Source: Schmidtea polychroa | Taxonomy: Eukaryota | Assembly (NCBI GenBank): GCA_044892525.1 | Contig: CM097885.1 | Span: 50,160,001 to 50,224,000, forward strand | Direction of reading: 5' to 3' | Length of the DNA stretch: 64,000 nt | Shown: in pieces, positions 21,800 through 35,793 of the stretch | How the letters are laid out: every line of letters begins with the position of its first letter | Position numbering within the stretch: position 1 is the stretch's first letter | Position numbers and translations under genes: made by a program | Notes under the pieces: model-generated | The model's database searches: none | Seen by the model: only the letters and a program-made list of their open reading frames with translations | Told to the model about the DNA's origin: nothing

Positions 21800-23880
21800 T
21801 TCAATAATAATCATTAAAACTAACACGCTATTTTCAAATATATATTTAATATAAAATCCGAATATTTTATAAATAATCAACAAGTTACTCGTTCCCAATA
21901 ATTACTTAAACCTTTTGAAATAATTTTAAAATCAGAGATACCTATTTTTTTACTGACACATTTCCTTACATGATTACTAATATTAGTCAATCTTTTTGGT
22001 CGACAGTGTTCAAGAACTCGGGTGCAGAGATGACGGGCAGTCTCTCCAATGTATGTGGCATTACACCCATTACATGAAAATTGATACACGAGCTCAGAAC
22101 ACAAACCAATTGGCGTTGGACATTTACTAGTAAAAATACTGCTAACTTTGCAAGAAGTGGAAACAATCCTGAATTGATCCTACATATTTGAGAATTTTAT
22201 GTTTAAATTCTCTGAAACCCTCAGAATAAGGCAATACTAGCACATATTTCGACTCCATTCGATTGGATCGATTCTTGTCACTTTCCGAATTTAACATAGT
22301 ACTTTCCTCAGGAACAATAGGTACCTCAGATTCAGACGTACGCATACCAACGTTATAAGTTTTAAACATTAACTTATCCACGGTCACTTTTGTCATTTTC
22401 TCAAGAAAAGATTTAGAGTAGCCATTTTTAAGTAACAACTCAACCAATACATCACTACTTTTTACTGAATTAGCAAACGTGGAGGATAGTGACCACGCAC
22501 GAAACACTAATCCTCTCACCATATTCCTTTTATATTTAAACTCACAAAAACTATCAGGCATTGTATATAAACCAGTATCAGTCGATTTTCTATATATTTC
22601 AGTCTCATAATGTTTCGATTTGCGTTGAATGAGTAAATCTAAAAACGCAATCGATGACCTTTTTTCTTCTTCACATGTGAATTTAATATTCTTATGCAAA
22701 TCATTCATAAAATTTAAAAACGGCATTACATGTTCACGACTCTCAAACACCAAAAAAATATCATCCACATACCGTTTGTACACACTAGGTTTAACAAGAT
22801 GGCATGAAGACATTTTCTTTTCCAAACTAGACATAAAAATAGAAGCCATAGTTGGGGTTAATGGAGAACCCATAGCAACACCATCCACTTGTTTATACCA
22901 TTCATTATTAAACAAAAAGTTAACATTAGACGTTGAAAATTCAAGCAATTTGCGAAAAGCAATTTTATCCACATTCTTATGTTCAGACTCATTATTATTC
23001 CACATTTCACAACATAAATCAATCGTATCCGCCAATGGAACAATAGTAAAAAGACTGCACACATCAAACGAAACCATCAGAACATTTCTTTAGTGCAGCA
23101 ATGAATGAAGCAAATTCAAAGCTATCCTTATATTCAAACTCAGACGCCATTAAAAGTTTTAATAACCCATCCAAAAATTTGGCAATTTTATATTGAGCGG
23201 TTCCTACCATCGATAACACTGGTCTCATAGGCATACCTGCTTTATGTACTTTTGGAAGACCATAAAGCTTTGCGGGTTGAGATCCTTTCGGTTTTAGGAA
23301 TTTCACCAAATCTATATCAATATTTTTATCATCCAAAAATTTGTTTAACATTTTTATCAAAGTTAGTTCATCTTTCAGAGGAGGCAACTTCCCATTTTTT
23401 CGACAACTCCCATCTTTAACAAACTGTGGAGATGACAAAACATCGTTCAATTTGTTCACATACACATCATGGTCTAAGATAACCAAACCATTACCTTTAT
23501 CATATTTACAAACGTTAATATCTTTTTTAGCCAAATTCTTCAAGATCAAAAAATCTTTTATATCTTTTTCTAAAAAACTAATGTCCAGTTCCATTTTTCT
23601 AATTGAAATAAATTTCTTCAGCAATTTTTTGAACACTGGAACCGCAGAGCCAAAATTATTAAATAAATAATCAAAAAAACGTGGCAATGATTTAATAATA
23701 CAGAAATGCCAACTCAATAAATTCAACATAAACGCGATATATTTCAATTGTACAACAATCTTCGTCAGGCCGCAATCTGGATAATCAATAATCAATAAAG
23801 GCATTGTTGATTAGATATTTAAATCCAAAAATAAATGATCAAGTTGCCCGTTCCACGGAGATTTTGAATGTGTTTAAGTA
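21800..23880 (-). mobile_element. Penelope-like retroelement (RT plus GIY-YIG), frameshifted
   Basis: LYGLPKVHK..PMRPV, VSFDVCSLFT, GVAMGSP, RYVDDIF, FLDLLI, VYQFSCNGCNATYIGET. Confidence 0.92.
23733..23772 (-). ncRNA. Minimal type I hammerhead ribozyme in the Penelope 5' region
   Basis: Minus strand reads GGC-CUGACGA-A-GAUUG(UUGUA)CAAUU-GAAA-UAUA-UC/GC. Confidence 0.7.
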
Positions 23881-23929
23881 AATTTATAAATAGTTGTTTA
23901 TTTAATATCGTCACTAATATTAAATAAAC

Positions 23930-25268
23930 AACTAAAAAATTAATCCTTCTAATATCTGATGCATCAATTTTTGAAAAGTGGCAGGGGCTGTTGACAAACC
24001 AATTGATAATCTGTTAAAACAGAACTGTCCCTCTTTTGTACTAAATGCGGTCTTCGTTTGGGAATTTTCATGCAACTCTACCCGATAATAGGTCTGACAT
24101 GAAAATATTTTTGACTTACCGAGACAATCCAATAACAACTACATGTCTGGGATCGGAAATGAAAACTTTTCTGTGACTGAATTTAATAACCTAAAATCTA
24201 GACACATTCTATCTGGTTTTCCAACTATCACAAGTGGTGTGTTCCACGGACTCTGACATTTTTTCACAACTCCAGCTTCTAATAAATTCTTTACTTACTC
24301 TTCAATTTTGCTTTCTAAATGCATGGGTTGTCTTCTGAGATTTTGTGAAATCGGAGGACCTGAAGTCGTTATTTCATGTGTTATTACTTTTGTATGACCC
24401 AAGTCAAAACTGAATGCCATAAATATGCTGCTAAACTTAGATATTAAAGTACCCAACTTCGAATTTCTGTCCAACTTGAGCGTCGATAACGCAAACTCTA
24501 ACCGAAATGTGTCATTAAACCATTCACGAGCTATTTCATTTGTTGTGGAGATGTCTTTAATTTTTTCCAGAGAATAGATGCTTCTTCAAACAATAACAAA
24601 TCAAAAATACTTACTAAATTTAGATCATTAAGGATCATCCAATTTTCAATATCCTTGAGCCATTTCTCTGCTTCTATCGTGCTTCGGTCATCGAATCTTC
24701 TGATATTAAAATTTAAAATATCTTTTGCCTGTTTAGGTAAAGATTCCATAACCATCTTTCTATGATGATTTCTTGTCACTACGTGAATCGGCTCGATTTT
24801 CTAAGCGTGGTCGCCAGTTACAATTTCTTCACAAATCATAATAATAAATAACAATTAATAAATGAAGTATATTTAAATTTCTAATCCAATGTGTCCTTTC
24901 TATTATTAAAACAACTATAATTAATAAACATTAATTATTGAACATCACTAGATGGAATTCAGAATTAAAAATTTGTGATAAAAGTTTATTGAACCGTTTG
25001 TAGTAAAGGAAATTAAAAATAAATAGACGTATCTACTGTATAGTATGCAATAAAGAGTAATTTGGAGAAACTTTAATCAAATAAAGTTACTGAAAAGCAG
25101 CAGCAGTGACGAAAAGATAAGCTCAACAGTAAGTACAAGCATTGTTTCTATGGTGGGTAAAGAAGGTTTCTAAGAAAAAGGTTAAGGAAATACAGCCAAA
25201 TAATCCCGTCAAAGAATTGAGAAATGAAAACCCAAGATATACTGATCATCACAGAGTGGGATGTAACA
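23930..25268 (-). mobile_element. Second degenerate Gypsy element with PBS and 5' LTR
   Basis: RT fragment KTAFSTKEGQFCF..TAPATFQ, gag fragment 24531-24779, PBS TGGCGACCACG at ~24806-24816, LTR from TGTTACA (25268) to the PBS. Confidence 0.75.
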
Positions 25269-27225
25269 TATCGAATTTATGTAAATTCTATCTGTATTAG
25301 CAATAATGACGAATTTGGTTTAATATTAATGTAGAAAGGATAATTTAATTTAATAAATTATTTAATTGTTATTTGTTATTATTATTCTTCAATCTAGTCA
25401 TATTTTACAAGATTTAACATGGCGTCACGAGCAGCTTTTCAAGAATTGACTTTTCCTATCGCAATGTTAGACTTTCATTTCAGACTAGTCTACAAGAAAT
25501 TTATAGATGGGAGCCTGTTTGAATGTGTCATTTATTGCGTGACCAGACGATTTTCAAAATTATACGGGTCAAAATGAAAAATATTAATAAATGCTTATGA
25601 ACAACTTTATTTGACGTATTTATCAGAAGACATTATTTTTTCCAAGAGTTCAACATTTATTTTATCCCTGTATAGAATTGAGTACAATTTACCTCTGAGC
25701 TGTGTTGGATAGTGAGTAAAGCGCTTTTAGTTTCAACATCAAATCTGTTTTTCTCTTCCTCCCACGCTCGATTAATGAAAGAAAAAATTCTCTCGAAAGT
25801 GAGAAAAATATTAATCCATATTTTCTTCAAAAGTAAATTCTTCATTTGCATACGATGACAACATATCTTCAACAAATGACTTCATGAGAACATATTCGTC
25901 AAAAAGAATGTCTCTATCGATGATCGATTTCATTTTATCTCCATACTTGTCAACAAAGTATTCAAACGACTCATCACCTTCATTCCATTCTGGGACTTTT
26001 GCCATGAACATCCACATAAAAGTTTGCGATCCATCAAACAACGATTCCCACAATTCGATATAGTCAATTATTGCCTCGAGGCATAAAAGAGAAATCCTTT
26101 CTATTCTGCATCTTTCCCTTTAATTTTGTCATTTCATTAGCAGTTTCGAAAGATGTGGTCCGCGTAAATTCAATATTTTTAATCGTAGAGTTAAAATTTT
26201 TCAGCTGATTTACAACGAACAAAATCCAGAATTTTCCAGTTGGATTCTCGAAGAATCGTAAAACTGTTGGAGGGCATTTTTTAATGACAAAATGTATTTC
26301 TTCAAAGGATCATAAATCTCTATCAATCGATTAATAGCCGGCTCTAATGTCAGAAAATATGTTGATGAATGTTTTTGTAGAGGCTTGTAACAGAAAGTCT
26401 TAAAGGTTTCTGTTCGAACCGTATGTACACTGAAATGTTTGTAAATCTTTACTACAAGATCTTCCATGCCAATGTCAAGAATTTCACATCCAGATTTGAT
26501 GCGTAATGAGCAATATGAGTTACACATCCACTTCCGATTATTTGTCGATGCAGACAAGTTTGAAGATGTCTCCATACGTTGTTTTGACCATTTCTATCGA
26601 CTTCGCCAAAATTAAGATTTGTATTTTCTGCTCCAAATGCTATAACTTTCTCCAGCAAAGTTGTTCCTCAATAATTTTGGAGAGCTCAATCGATTAATAG
26701 CTATTGTTTTTGACTTTTCGTTTGGAATCGGTACAAGTCCGAATTTCTTGCTAACAACTCCAGCAACAGGATTAAAGTAGCTTAAAACTACGGGAAGTAA
26801 TATCAGATTTTTGTGTTTAGATGTATCAGTCATTTGGCAAACAAAGTTAGCTCTCTTTATATCTTGCTGGATCTTTTCATCAATGTATGGCGCAATAACT
26901 TTCTTTATGATCGCAGCTGTTTTTGTTTTTCCTAATGTAAATATTCCCTCGAAACATGCTCGAATGAGTTCGGATGTGCAATCATTAGAGCGAAAAGAAA
27001 GTTGTGCCTTCCAGTATGATATAAAATTGCTACTTCCTTAGCGCTAATATTTAATTCTTAATTTATTGCCGAAATCTTTTTTAAAAAGTCGCTTACTTTC
27101 TTACTCGAGGCTCCAACATCTATTGCGAGTAGTTCCAACATGTTGAACAATATCCGATCGACCACCGTGACTTTTTGAGAATGCTGATCAGCAAACTTTA
27201 CAGAATACTTTGCAGTCGTCTAGTG

Positions 27226-27661
27226 CAGTGCTACTCAAAGTGTGGTACGCGTACCGGTGCCGGTACGCAAGCAATAGTCTGCCGGTACGCGAAGAGATTT
27301 TCAAAGGAAAATAAACAAATGTAAAATTACATGCCATGAGTAACAGGTGGGTCATGTGACTGATATTTTTTGTTTATTTATCTAATAAGAATACAGCATG
27401 GTAGTAATTTAATTGGAAACAGTTATTGTATGCACTTTATTAAAAGATTTGACTGATATTTTACTCTATGTCACACATCTGACAACCTGATCCACACGTG
27501 TGGAGCAGCAAGATGTAACATGGAATGTAAGTCATCAGCAAGAAGTGAAACAGTCATGTTCCCAAGGATATCAACGTGATTGTCATTTGGAACCATGTCC
27601 CGACCATCTGATCTAAAAAACATCTGCCGGTACGCCACATCAGAAAGTTTGAGAAGCACTG
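27226..27661. mobile_element. hAT (Charlie-like) MITE
   Basis: CAGTGCT.CTCAAA TIRs and perfect 8-bp TSD GTCTAGTG. Confidence 0.9.
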
Positions 27662-28043
27662 GTCTAGTGGATATCTCTTGATGAATCCAAACTCTGTGGC
27701 ATAACTATCGTTCCATTAAGTCTTTTGGTGGGTTACAGGTACTGAAAAATCTTTACCCCCTCATGCTGTTTCCAGCGTAACCCAGAATACAATTTATAGC
27801 TGACCACTTGATACCCGTTGAGCAATCAACGTTGGTACTGTATCAAGGGCTTGGGCACTAGTAAAAAGTGAGCATGCTTAGCATACTATAATTGTCTAGT
27901 ACCCACTGGGGTTCACGGACTGCCGATAGAAGGCCTATGTCCGTTTTTCTTTGTCCCTATTCCGAAAATCAACCTTATGGCAAATTCGAAATACCCAGAT
28001 ATGAATACACCCATAATATTTATTCACAACACAAAATCAAAAC

Positions 28044-28505
28044 TCATAGGGTTATAGTCGGTTCTTTCGGTGCAGACTCTGACGAAGTAGCCTTGAGCGT
28101 CGCTTGGGCCTGACAGGCTTGGCGGATTTTCGCCCGCGCCGCTTTACCCGGCCGGATCTTCTTCTTCGGGATCTTCGACGCTGCGCATTCCTTTCGTTGG
28201 TGGAGCAGCTCATCCATAGGACGGATCCTGGAGATGACCTCTCGATCAAGGTTTTGTTGGTGCGACTGGACTTCTAGCTCTCTCACCCTCAGGCGGAGGG
28301 CCCGCAACTCAACTTGATCTTGGGCGCTCTGGAGTTGCAACTGGGTGATGAGTTTCATTCGCTTCTTCATCTCTGTGGGCGGGAACCAGGTGCCCTCGAA
28401 GTTTCGGCAATGGGCCTTAAGTCGCATTAACTTGGCCCGATACTCTTCTACCTGTTGTTGCGCCCTCTCTCTGTCGGCTCTCATTTCTTCCAGGAGTTTT
28501 ATCAC
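28044..28505 (-). CDS. GC-rich coiled-coil ORF (EGTWFP family), probably a terminal exon
   Basis: 153 open codons, preceded by the acceptor-like TTTATTTATTTCAG. Relatives at ~41.4 kb and ~48.5 kb. Confidence 0.55.
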   Translation of the reverse strand: MIKLLEEMRADRERAQQQVEEYRAKLMRLKAHCRNFEGTWFPPTEMKKRMKLITQLQLQSAQDQVELRALRLRVRELEVQSHQQNLDREVISRIRPMDELLHQRKECAASKIPKKKIRPGKAARAKIRQACQAQATLKATSSESAPKEPTITL

Positions 28506-28932
28506 TGAAATAAATAAAAATTAGTATCTTTTCACACTTTCGTCAAGTATCCACGTTATATCGCTAACACCATTGTGGCAAAAGTTATAATCTCCCCGTC
28601 GCAGCCCGCATCCGTGCGCACCTAAACCCCAACTCCGGTCTTATGAGTTTCACTAAGATGTTATGAGGTTGGTGATAATAGTCAACATCTAAAGGAATAC
28701 CAGTATATACGTATACAATAAGGAAATTCGAACAATTAACTTAGTATTAATAAACAAAACATAAAATAACAACATTTTCACTTAAGTTAAGAGAAAATCA
28801 AATGCAGAATTGCAAGACAATCAAACTTTACACTGCGATGATAACGAAGTCGAGACATGCTAATCATTATAGTGAGTAAGAGTCCACTCGAAGTCGTATC
28901 ACAAGGCGCGGATATTTGGCCCGGCGATTATC

Positions 28933-29391
28933 TTAGTTGAATTGGGCGGTTTTCCGCGGACGCCCACGTTTTCTCGCCGGTTCCGCTCCCCGTCGAGAAG
29001 TTCCTAAGTACTCCAGCTCCCGGCGAAGAGCTGCGGTCCGCTTTGGGTGGCACTGGGCTCGGGCGTAGCCGTCGATGTCTTCCAACTCGCCGGCCAGGAC
29101 TGAGGTTTCGAGCCGGTCCAGCCGGTCCACCGCCTCCTTCACATTGTCGAAGGCGTCACTCAGAGCCAGTGACGTATAATTAATATACGGTTCGATCTTC
29201 GGGGTCACTGGAACCACATTCTGATAGGTCCAATCGTGGATTTTGTACCATATCCACCGGGACCTTAGGCGGGCAACCTCTGCATCTTCCCGTAGTCGTA
29301 CGGCTTCGTCTGTTTCCTCGCTTGGTGGTCCGCGGCTTGAATCGGAGGATGAGGGTCCGGCCGGTGCGTTCCATATCATGGTGTTGGGCAT
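28933..29391 (-). CDS. GC-rich unknown ORF ending in an AT-hook/NLS-like RKRGRPRK
   Basis: 152-aa ATG ORF, preceded by the acceptor-like TTTATCATTGCAG. Confidence 0.5.
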   Translation of the reverse strand: MPNTMIWNAPAGPSSSDSSRGPPSEETDEAVRLREDAEVARLRSRWIWYKIHDWTYQNVVPVTPKIEPYINYTSLALSDAFDNVKEAVDRLDRLETSVLAGELEDIDGYARAQCHPKRTAALRRELEYLGTSRRGAEPARKRGRPRKTAQFN

Positions 29392-29559
29392 ATCTGCAAT
29401 GATAAAGGGACATTAACACGACTCCCTGTCCATCCACCTACGGGGTTATCCAAAAACGTCTGAATACACTTTCACCACTCACATTTTAGCATAATATACA
29501 TTTCACCCAACGGTTCACCCACTCGACAATAGTCTTACGGATTTGATAATTAATACGAT

Positions 29560-29772
29560 AAAAATGGGTAATTTACATTTTATAAATTATATTTAAAGTT
29601 CAATTTTAATGAAATAAATTTAAAGTCACCCTTACTGCTTTAGTAAGTAATACCCTAAAAATGGGTAATTTACATTTTATAAATTAAATTTAAAGTTCAA
29701 TTTTAATGAAATAAATTTAAAGTCACCCTTGCTGATTTAGTAATTAATACCATAAAAATGGGTAATTTACGT
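29560..29772. repeat. ~97-bp tandem repeat, about 2.2 copies
   Basis: AAAAATGGGTAATTTAC recurs at ~29560, ~29657 and ~29754. Confidence 0.85.
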
Positions 29773-30962
29773 TTAAAATTAAAGCTAACATTACTCATTT
29801 CAGAATCCGTTGTTTAAGTTAATTAAAATTTTAATTTGTTAATTTACCATATAGGCAGTAAATTAAAAAGAAAAACTTGGAACCAATATGGTCAGTGGAA
29901 TTTATGCTGCTCTGACCCACTATGGAAAGCGGATATTGCAAATTGACTGAATTTACATTCAGCTCTTTGTGAATCCCTGACCATAGTGGTTGTAAGTGGC
30001 TCATTCATCAGCTGATATTCGACGGGTAAGTCAACCTTTCATTTTTTAAATTTGTCTAGTTTTAGAAATGGGTTTTCAAGCCCTCCATTTTGGACATGGC
30101 ATTTCAGGCAGTTAACGTGTTGGGGTTATTGTCGCTTGGTATTAATCCCAGATATGCCTATATACTCAATTCGTGGGGCATTTAAGTGAGAATTTTGGAA
30201 ATTTATATTTGTTTCGGAAATTTTTCTTTCCCCGATCTATATGCCATGGGAATTTAAAACAACAATTGGACCCCGAGGGTTTCCGAGTAGCCCTCTTCTA
30301 CTCATTCCTTGGTATTACTGGTGAGACTCTTTTACTTGCTAGAAGGGTTTCGTAAGCAAATATTGTTGATTTCATTAAATATATTTTCACTTTTGTTGCA
30401 TCTCATTTAAGTAATTTTTATGTATAGTAAAGTAATTTATCAAGTAATTTGGTTAACTCTTCCGGGAAATATGCATAATTAGCAATCATGAATTATTATT
30501 ATTCCTAACTTTCGATCCTACTGGGCAGGTATTCTAATTCAGGTCGTTACTCTCGGGGACCCGGTCCCTTGGCATACATGAGATCTACTCCTGGGTAACA
30601 GGGTCAAGTCTGCCAGTGTCCTGGTTTTCCCATACAGATTGGAGTTATCACCACTTTAGTTGACGTTGATTGGTCCGTTCTTGAGAGAGTATGTATCACC
30701 CATTCGATTAGTTAGGAGTAGTTCGTAGGGGTTAACCCTTGGTTTGTAGGGTTGTTACTAATAATAGAAGCGGTATTATTGGTCTAACTTTGTTACAAAA
30801 AAAAAATCGATATTGTCGGTTTCGAATTTTCCTATTACTAGTAACATGCCATATATAATCATGTTACTAATAAATAATAACAATAACAATAATAATAATA
30901 TTAAAGGTAATAATAATAATAAAAATAATAATAATAATAATGAATTGATAGTATTAGTAATG

Positions 30963-30993
<31 letters not shown>

Positions 30994-31133
30994 ATTAATA
31001 GCATTAGTAATGATAATAATGATGGTAATGATAATCGTAATGATAATAACAATAATAATTTTTAATAATAATGATTATAGTAATAGAGATAGTGATAATA
31101 GTGATACTTTACCAATAATAATAATGATAATAC

Positions 31134-31188
<55 letters not shown>

Positions 31189-34100
31189 CATAATCGTAAC
31201 ACCAAAGACAGTACAACAGCAATGTTAATAATGGCAATAACGATAAGGTTAATCCTGATAAAAAGTGTAAGTTTTATGCAGTGGGTAATAGATGTATAAT
31301 CCAGGGGGGTGTTCATGAAATTATTAGTTTACCATTTTAAAGACTAAGTATATATTGAATAGGTTACTTTCAGATATTAGTATAATAGATAATGAAGGTA
31401 GGATTCAGGGGGGGATGTTTATGAATATTTATAAATTAGTGATTCCATTTTATATAAGCTACATATATATAAAAATAAGTGAATCTAGGACAATTAGGTA
31501 TATATATAATTTAGGGGCTAATTATGTAGATTTATAAATTATCATTTTAACATTTTGTAAGTTGAATATATATCAAAATAAATTAGGATATCTAGGTATT
31601 GGACGATAGATATATAGTTCAGAGGATCATCTATGAAAATTTATAAACTATCATTTTTATATTTTATAAGTTAAATATATATACCCAAATAAGTTAGGAT
31701 CTTTCTATATGAAAATTTATAAACTGTCATTTTAATATTTCATAAGTTAAATATATACATCAGAATAAGTTAGGATATTGCTGAATAAATATATAGTTCA
31801 AAGAACCATTTATGAAACTAGGTAAGTTATACATATTCCAGTGGGGTTATAACCATGAACTGGTGGTTTGACGACTTTGTGACATTGGCAAGAAAGATTA
31901 CCTTTTCTTTAAGTTTAATATACCGCTATATGCAATTACATACTGATGGTAAGGACACACTCTCTATGAAGACAACGAGAAAAGGGTGTTGAGGATAATG
32001 ATAATAATCCTGGAGGTGATAGTACTATTAAGGCAAAATAGAATTCTTAAGGATTTCAATACCCGTAAGGTAAGTATAAAGACTTGTAATTAATACATCA
32101 TTGAACGTGATTATCTTTAAAATCGAACATAATTATGAATAATATCAATAAAATCTAATAACAATAGTTAATATTGAGCATATTGAATAATAGTTTGTGC
32201 AATTAGCCGACTACTTGATAACTTTTGTGATAAATTGAGTCTGGGATCTTTCCCGTTTAGCTGTTCCTAATGATGTATTTCCTATAGAATATTTGAGTGT
32301 GTAATTTAGATGTGTCGTTTACCGGAAGGTCGAATTAATTAAAATTTTCCTACTTTCCCGATTCAACTGAATACGGTACGATAGGCCTTATTGTAATATG
32401 TTTCCCGCGATTACTTGCCCGCATTTTATTTCGTCCGCATAGTCCCTGCGACTATGCCAACTACCTGGATGGATTTACCGCCCTACTCCTGGTTAGAAAC
32501 CATTTGTTCGTGGCGACCTTCCGGTTAAAAAATTGAAATTTGGTGCATGTGAGGTCGTAGACCCGTATAGTGCATGTGAAATAATTAGTGGGAGCAAGGC
32601 TGATCAGCGTCGTGGATGCCATCCGTTTACGACGACGCTGGTCACTCTTGTTCAGTAATAGAAAAAGAAAATCAACAAGATAAAAAATATAATAAACATA
32701 ATAATAATGCAATACAAATAAAAATGAAATTAATCGACAGTCCTTACTTTCAGTGTGGTCCAAAATTTCGGTAAAAAAAATTTTTGGCATACAAGAATAT
32801 CTGAATTGTGACGAAAATGCGTCGGTATATATACCTATTTTGTACACGTGTATGTATTGATGCATTAAAACAAACTCGAATTCTTTTTATTCCAGAACTT
32901 TCTATTTTGTAATTTTGATATTTTTAATGGCGATTTTTGCGTCATAATTTTTATTTTTATTTTTAAAATTTTATTTCCTAAATATTTTTTGCTACTTTTT
33001 CCTCCATGATGGATTTGGAACGGTTCCAGAACATTCCATATTACTTTTAATTCAATTTTTATTTTTAACTGATATTCTACGAATTTCTTTTTAAGAAATT
33101 TTATTTTTAATACTAATTTATTTATTTTTCTAAATTTTATTGTTTAAGGTAGCTTTTATGATGGTCATCGCCATTTTTATGGAATGTTCTGGGTTTTTCT
33201 GGAATTTTTTGCTATTTTTACCATCTTTTAAGTTATTCGAGTTTGTTTTTTGTAACTCTGTGTTTATTTGGCTATTTTTAGTTAGATTTTGCATAACTTC
33301 TTGCTTTTGTATAATTTTATTTAATTTCTGGGTTTTAGGTTTTTGTTGTTTTTTCCTTTAATTACTATTGGTTATTTGGTGTAGTTTTTTAATATTTAAC
33401 TATACTTTTTGCTTGCTGTGTACCTACACATTTCGGTCACAATTAGAAATTTGGGTCTAGAAGTCAGTTCTAGCCCAACACTTTCTTTTCTTGCTTGTGG
33501 ACATCTGGATTAAAAAAATTGATTTGCTGGAGATATTTTTGAACTAGATCAACAATGGCATTACTTACAATAATAATTTTGATGATTTCTTTATCCAATA
33601 ATGTTTCAAAATCATAAATCCACTAATTTGCAGATAATTGTAAATTTTAATTTGACAAAGTAGCGAAATATTGAGGTTATCAAAATGTTTTATAAGGAGT
33701 AGGAAATTAGGATTCGAGAGAGAGAAACAGAGGAATTTTTTGAAAAATAATATAACGACTTTACTGAGTAAACTTTTCATTTTTGCTTAAATTTGATAAC
33801 TTTTTTTAAAACTTTAATAGAAAATTTTAAAATACGGGAAAAATGCTGTCTTTACGGGACAAGGGAAAAATTCTCAAAATACGGGACTGTTGCGGGTAAA
33901 TATGAGCAAATGGTCACGCTAGTTATTTAACTCTTAGCTATGTTGGTGCTTTCGTTTTTTTGCGTCTCGTCATTTAATTATACATGTTTAATGATCCTCA
34001 AGATGTTATGTACTTTATTTTATATTATTCGATTTTGGAAAATTTATTTTAATTCAACTTGCGTATTGTTTTTCTATGCATTTAAACAAATTCTAATTTT

Positions 34101-35793
34101 ACCCAATACTAATCTGTCTCAATAAATGGTTTAAATTGTTGAGAACCTAAATTTTTGTTGGTTTTAAAATTGAGAACTTAGATCAAATCATTCAGAAGAA
34201 ACAAACATGTAGGCTGGAAACCTATCATGCAGAATTCCCCAAGATAAATATTAATTATATATCGTAATAAATCCAGGATTCGAGAGATATTCATTGAGTT
34301 CGCTATGGCATGACAAACTGGACGGTAAAAGCTGAAATACCGACTACCACCCATAAAAGATCAAGAAGAGACTAAGAGATAGAGTGACTTTGGTCGCAAA
34401 ATTTAAGAGCACAAGTTGGTCTTAGTAACTCACCAAGTACTATTTATTTATTCAACCGGATTGAATTTTCTATACTTGATTTAGTTTTGTCAATAATCAA
34501 AAAATATTTCTCAATTCAAGCAAACACACTGATAAAACCCTTGTCACTATCGTGTTCAAAAGTTATAGTGGTAACAATAGTCCCATGACGTGATTCTAAT
34601 GCCACTGGACTAATATTCCTTGGTCGATAATTCTGTTCAAATTCTTCCCACGGAGTGTCAAGATTTCGTAACAGGTTCCGTTGTCAAATAGTTACAAAAT
34701 AATTATGGAATCAAAATTTCCGGTAGGTAAGTTAACCAACCAACCTTATAAATAGAAAATATATAAGTAATTTTGATAAATAGAACCGTGGTGACATAAA
34801 AAATATCCGAAATTAAATTTTAAAAAATCAAATCATAAATTTATTAATATTTTTATAAATTAGTATTTTTTGTAATTTCCTATTAGTTTGGAGTTTGCTT
34901 TATTTGAATGTCTAATTGTGTTTGTTTAAATTGTCGGATAAAGAAATTTTCTATATAACAATGTATAGCTGTAAAGCTATTTTAAGGTTTAAAATGAATA
35001 ATCAAGTTTTTGAGTTTTTTTATATAAAAATTTTGAATATAAAAATCGCTTATAAGAAAAGTTACATGTTTTGATACACTGCAAGGATATAAAAATAATT
35101 AATAATCAAAAGCTAAAATTTAAACATGAAAACGGCTGTCATTTTAATGGGTTAGTAAATAATACCTAGTAAAAAATTATTCGATCATAATTATTTTGAT
35201 ATTGTTATTAATAATTTGAAAGAATGTATAATAATGGAATAAAATATATTCACAAGAATAAAAAATTACTATTATTCAACAGGTGCAACAATAAAAACTG
35301 TTGTTGAATCAAACATCTGGTTGATAAAAATTTCACTAGAAAAATCCAGTGCCGAAAATTCGTGAGTATCAAAAAACATCGATATATTATTGATTTATAG
35401 TCTTCAAGCTCTCATTTTAATAGATAAAAAATTAATTTTGATTAAATTTTTAAAATTAATTAGTTACATTTTTAAAATTTCATTTCATCATTGATAATTT
35501 GCAAAGTGTTTATCAGCTAAGATATTTTGTATTTTATTTTAGCAAATAAAACAATATTAGAAAAATCAACAATCTAACACCAAAAATTTGAATATATTCA
35601 CTAGAACATTTTTGAAAACATTGAATTAATTTAAAAAAATTAATAACATAATTTATAACTTTTTGAATTAAATCAATATTATTCACATTTCAAATTAAAA
35701 TTTTTCGCGGAAACCTTTGTTTAAATGAATGTTTCTTCTTTGAAACGTTAATTAAATTATTTATAAAAAATAATTATCAAAACTTATCAAAAC

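Larger units (their letters stand above)
27729..32781. mobile_element. 5-kb unclassified insertion, possibly a giant solo LTR
   Basis: Splits the hAT ORF just after ATGCCAAAA, with TTTTGG on both sides. Contains GC-rich ORFs, tandem repeats and AAT-type tracts. Confidence 0.5.
25600..33921 (-). mobile_element. Decayed hAT transposon interrupted by a MITE and a 5-kb insertion
   Basis: BED-finger-like N-terminus (FCKVC..SHGGRSDIVQH), TDTS..K, GCVTHIAH and ERIFS fragments. 5' TIR TAGCGTGACCA ends at 33921, with ACGGGA subterminal motifs. Confidence 0.7.
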
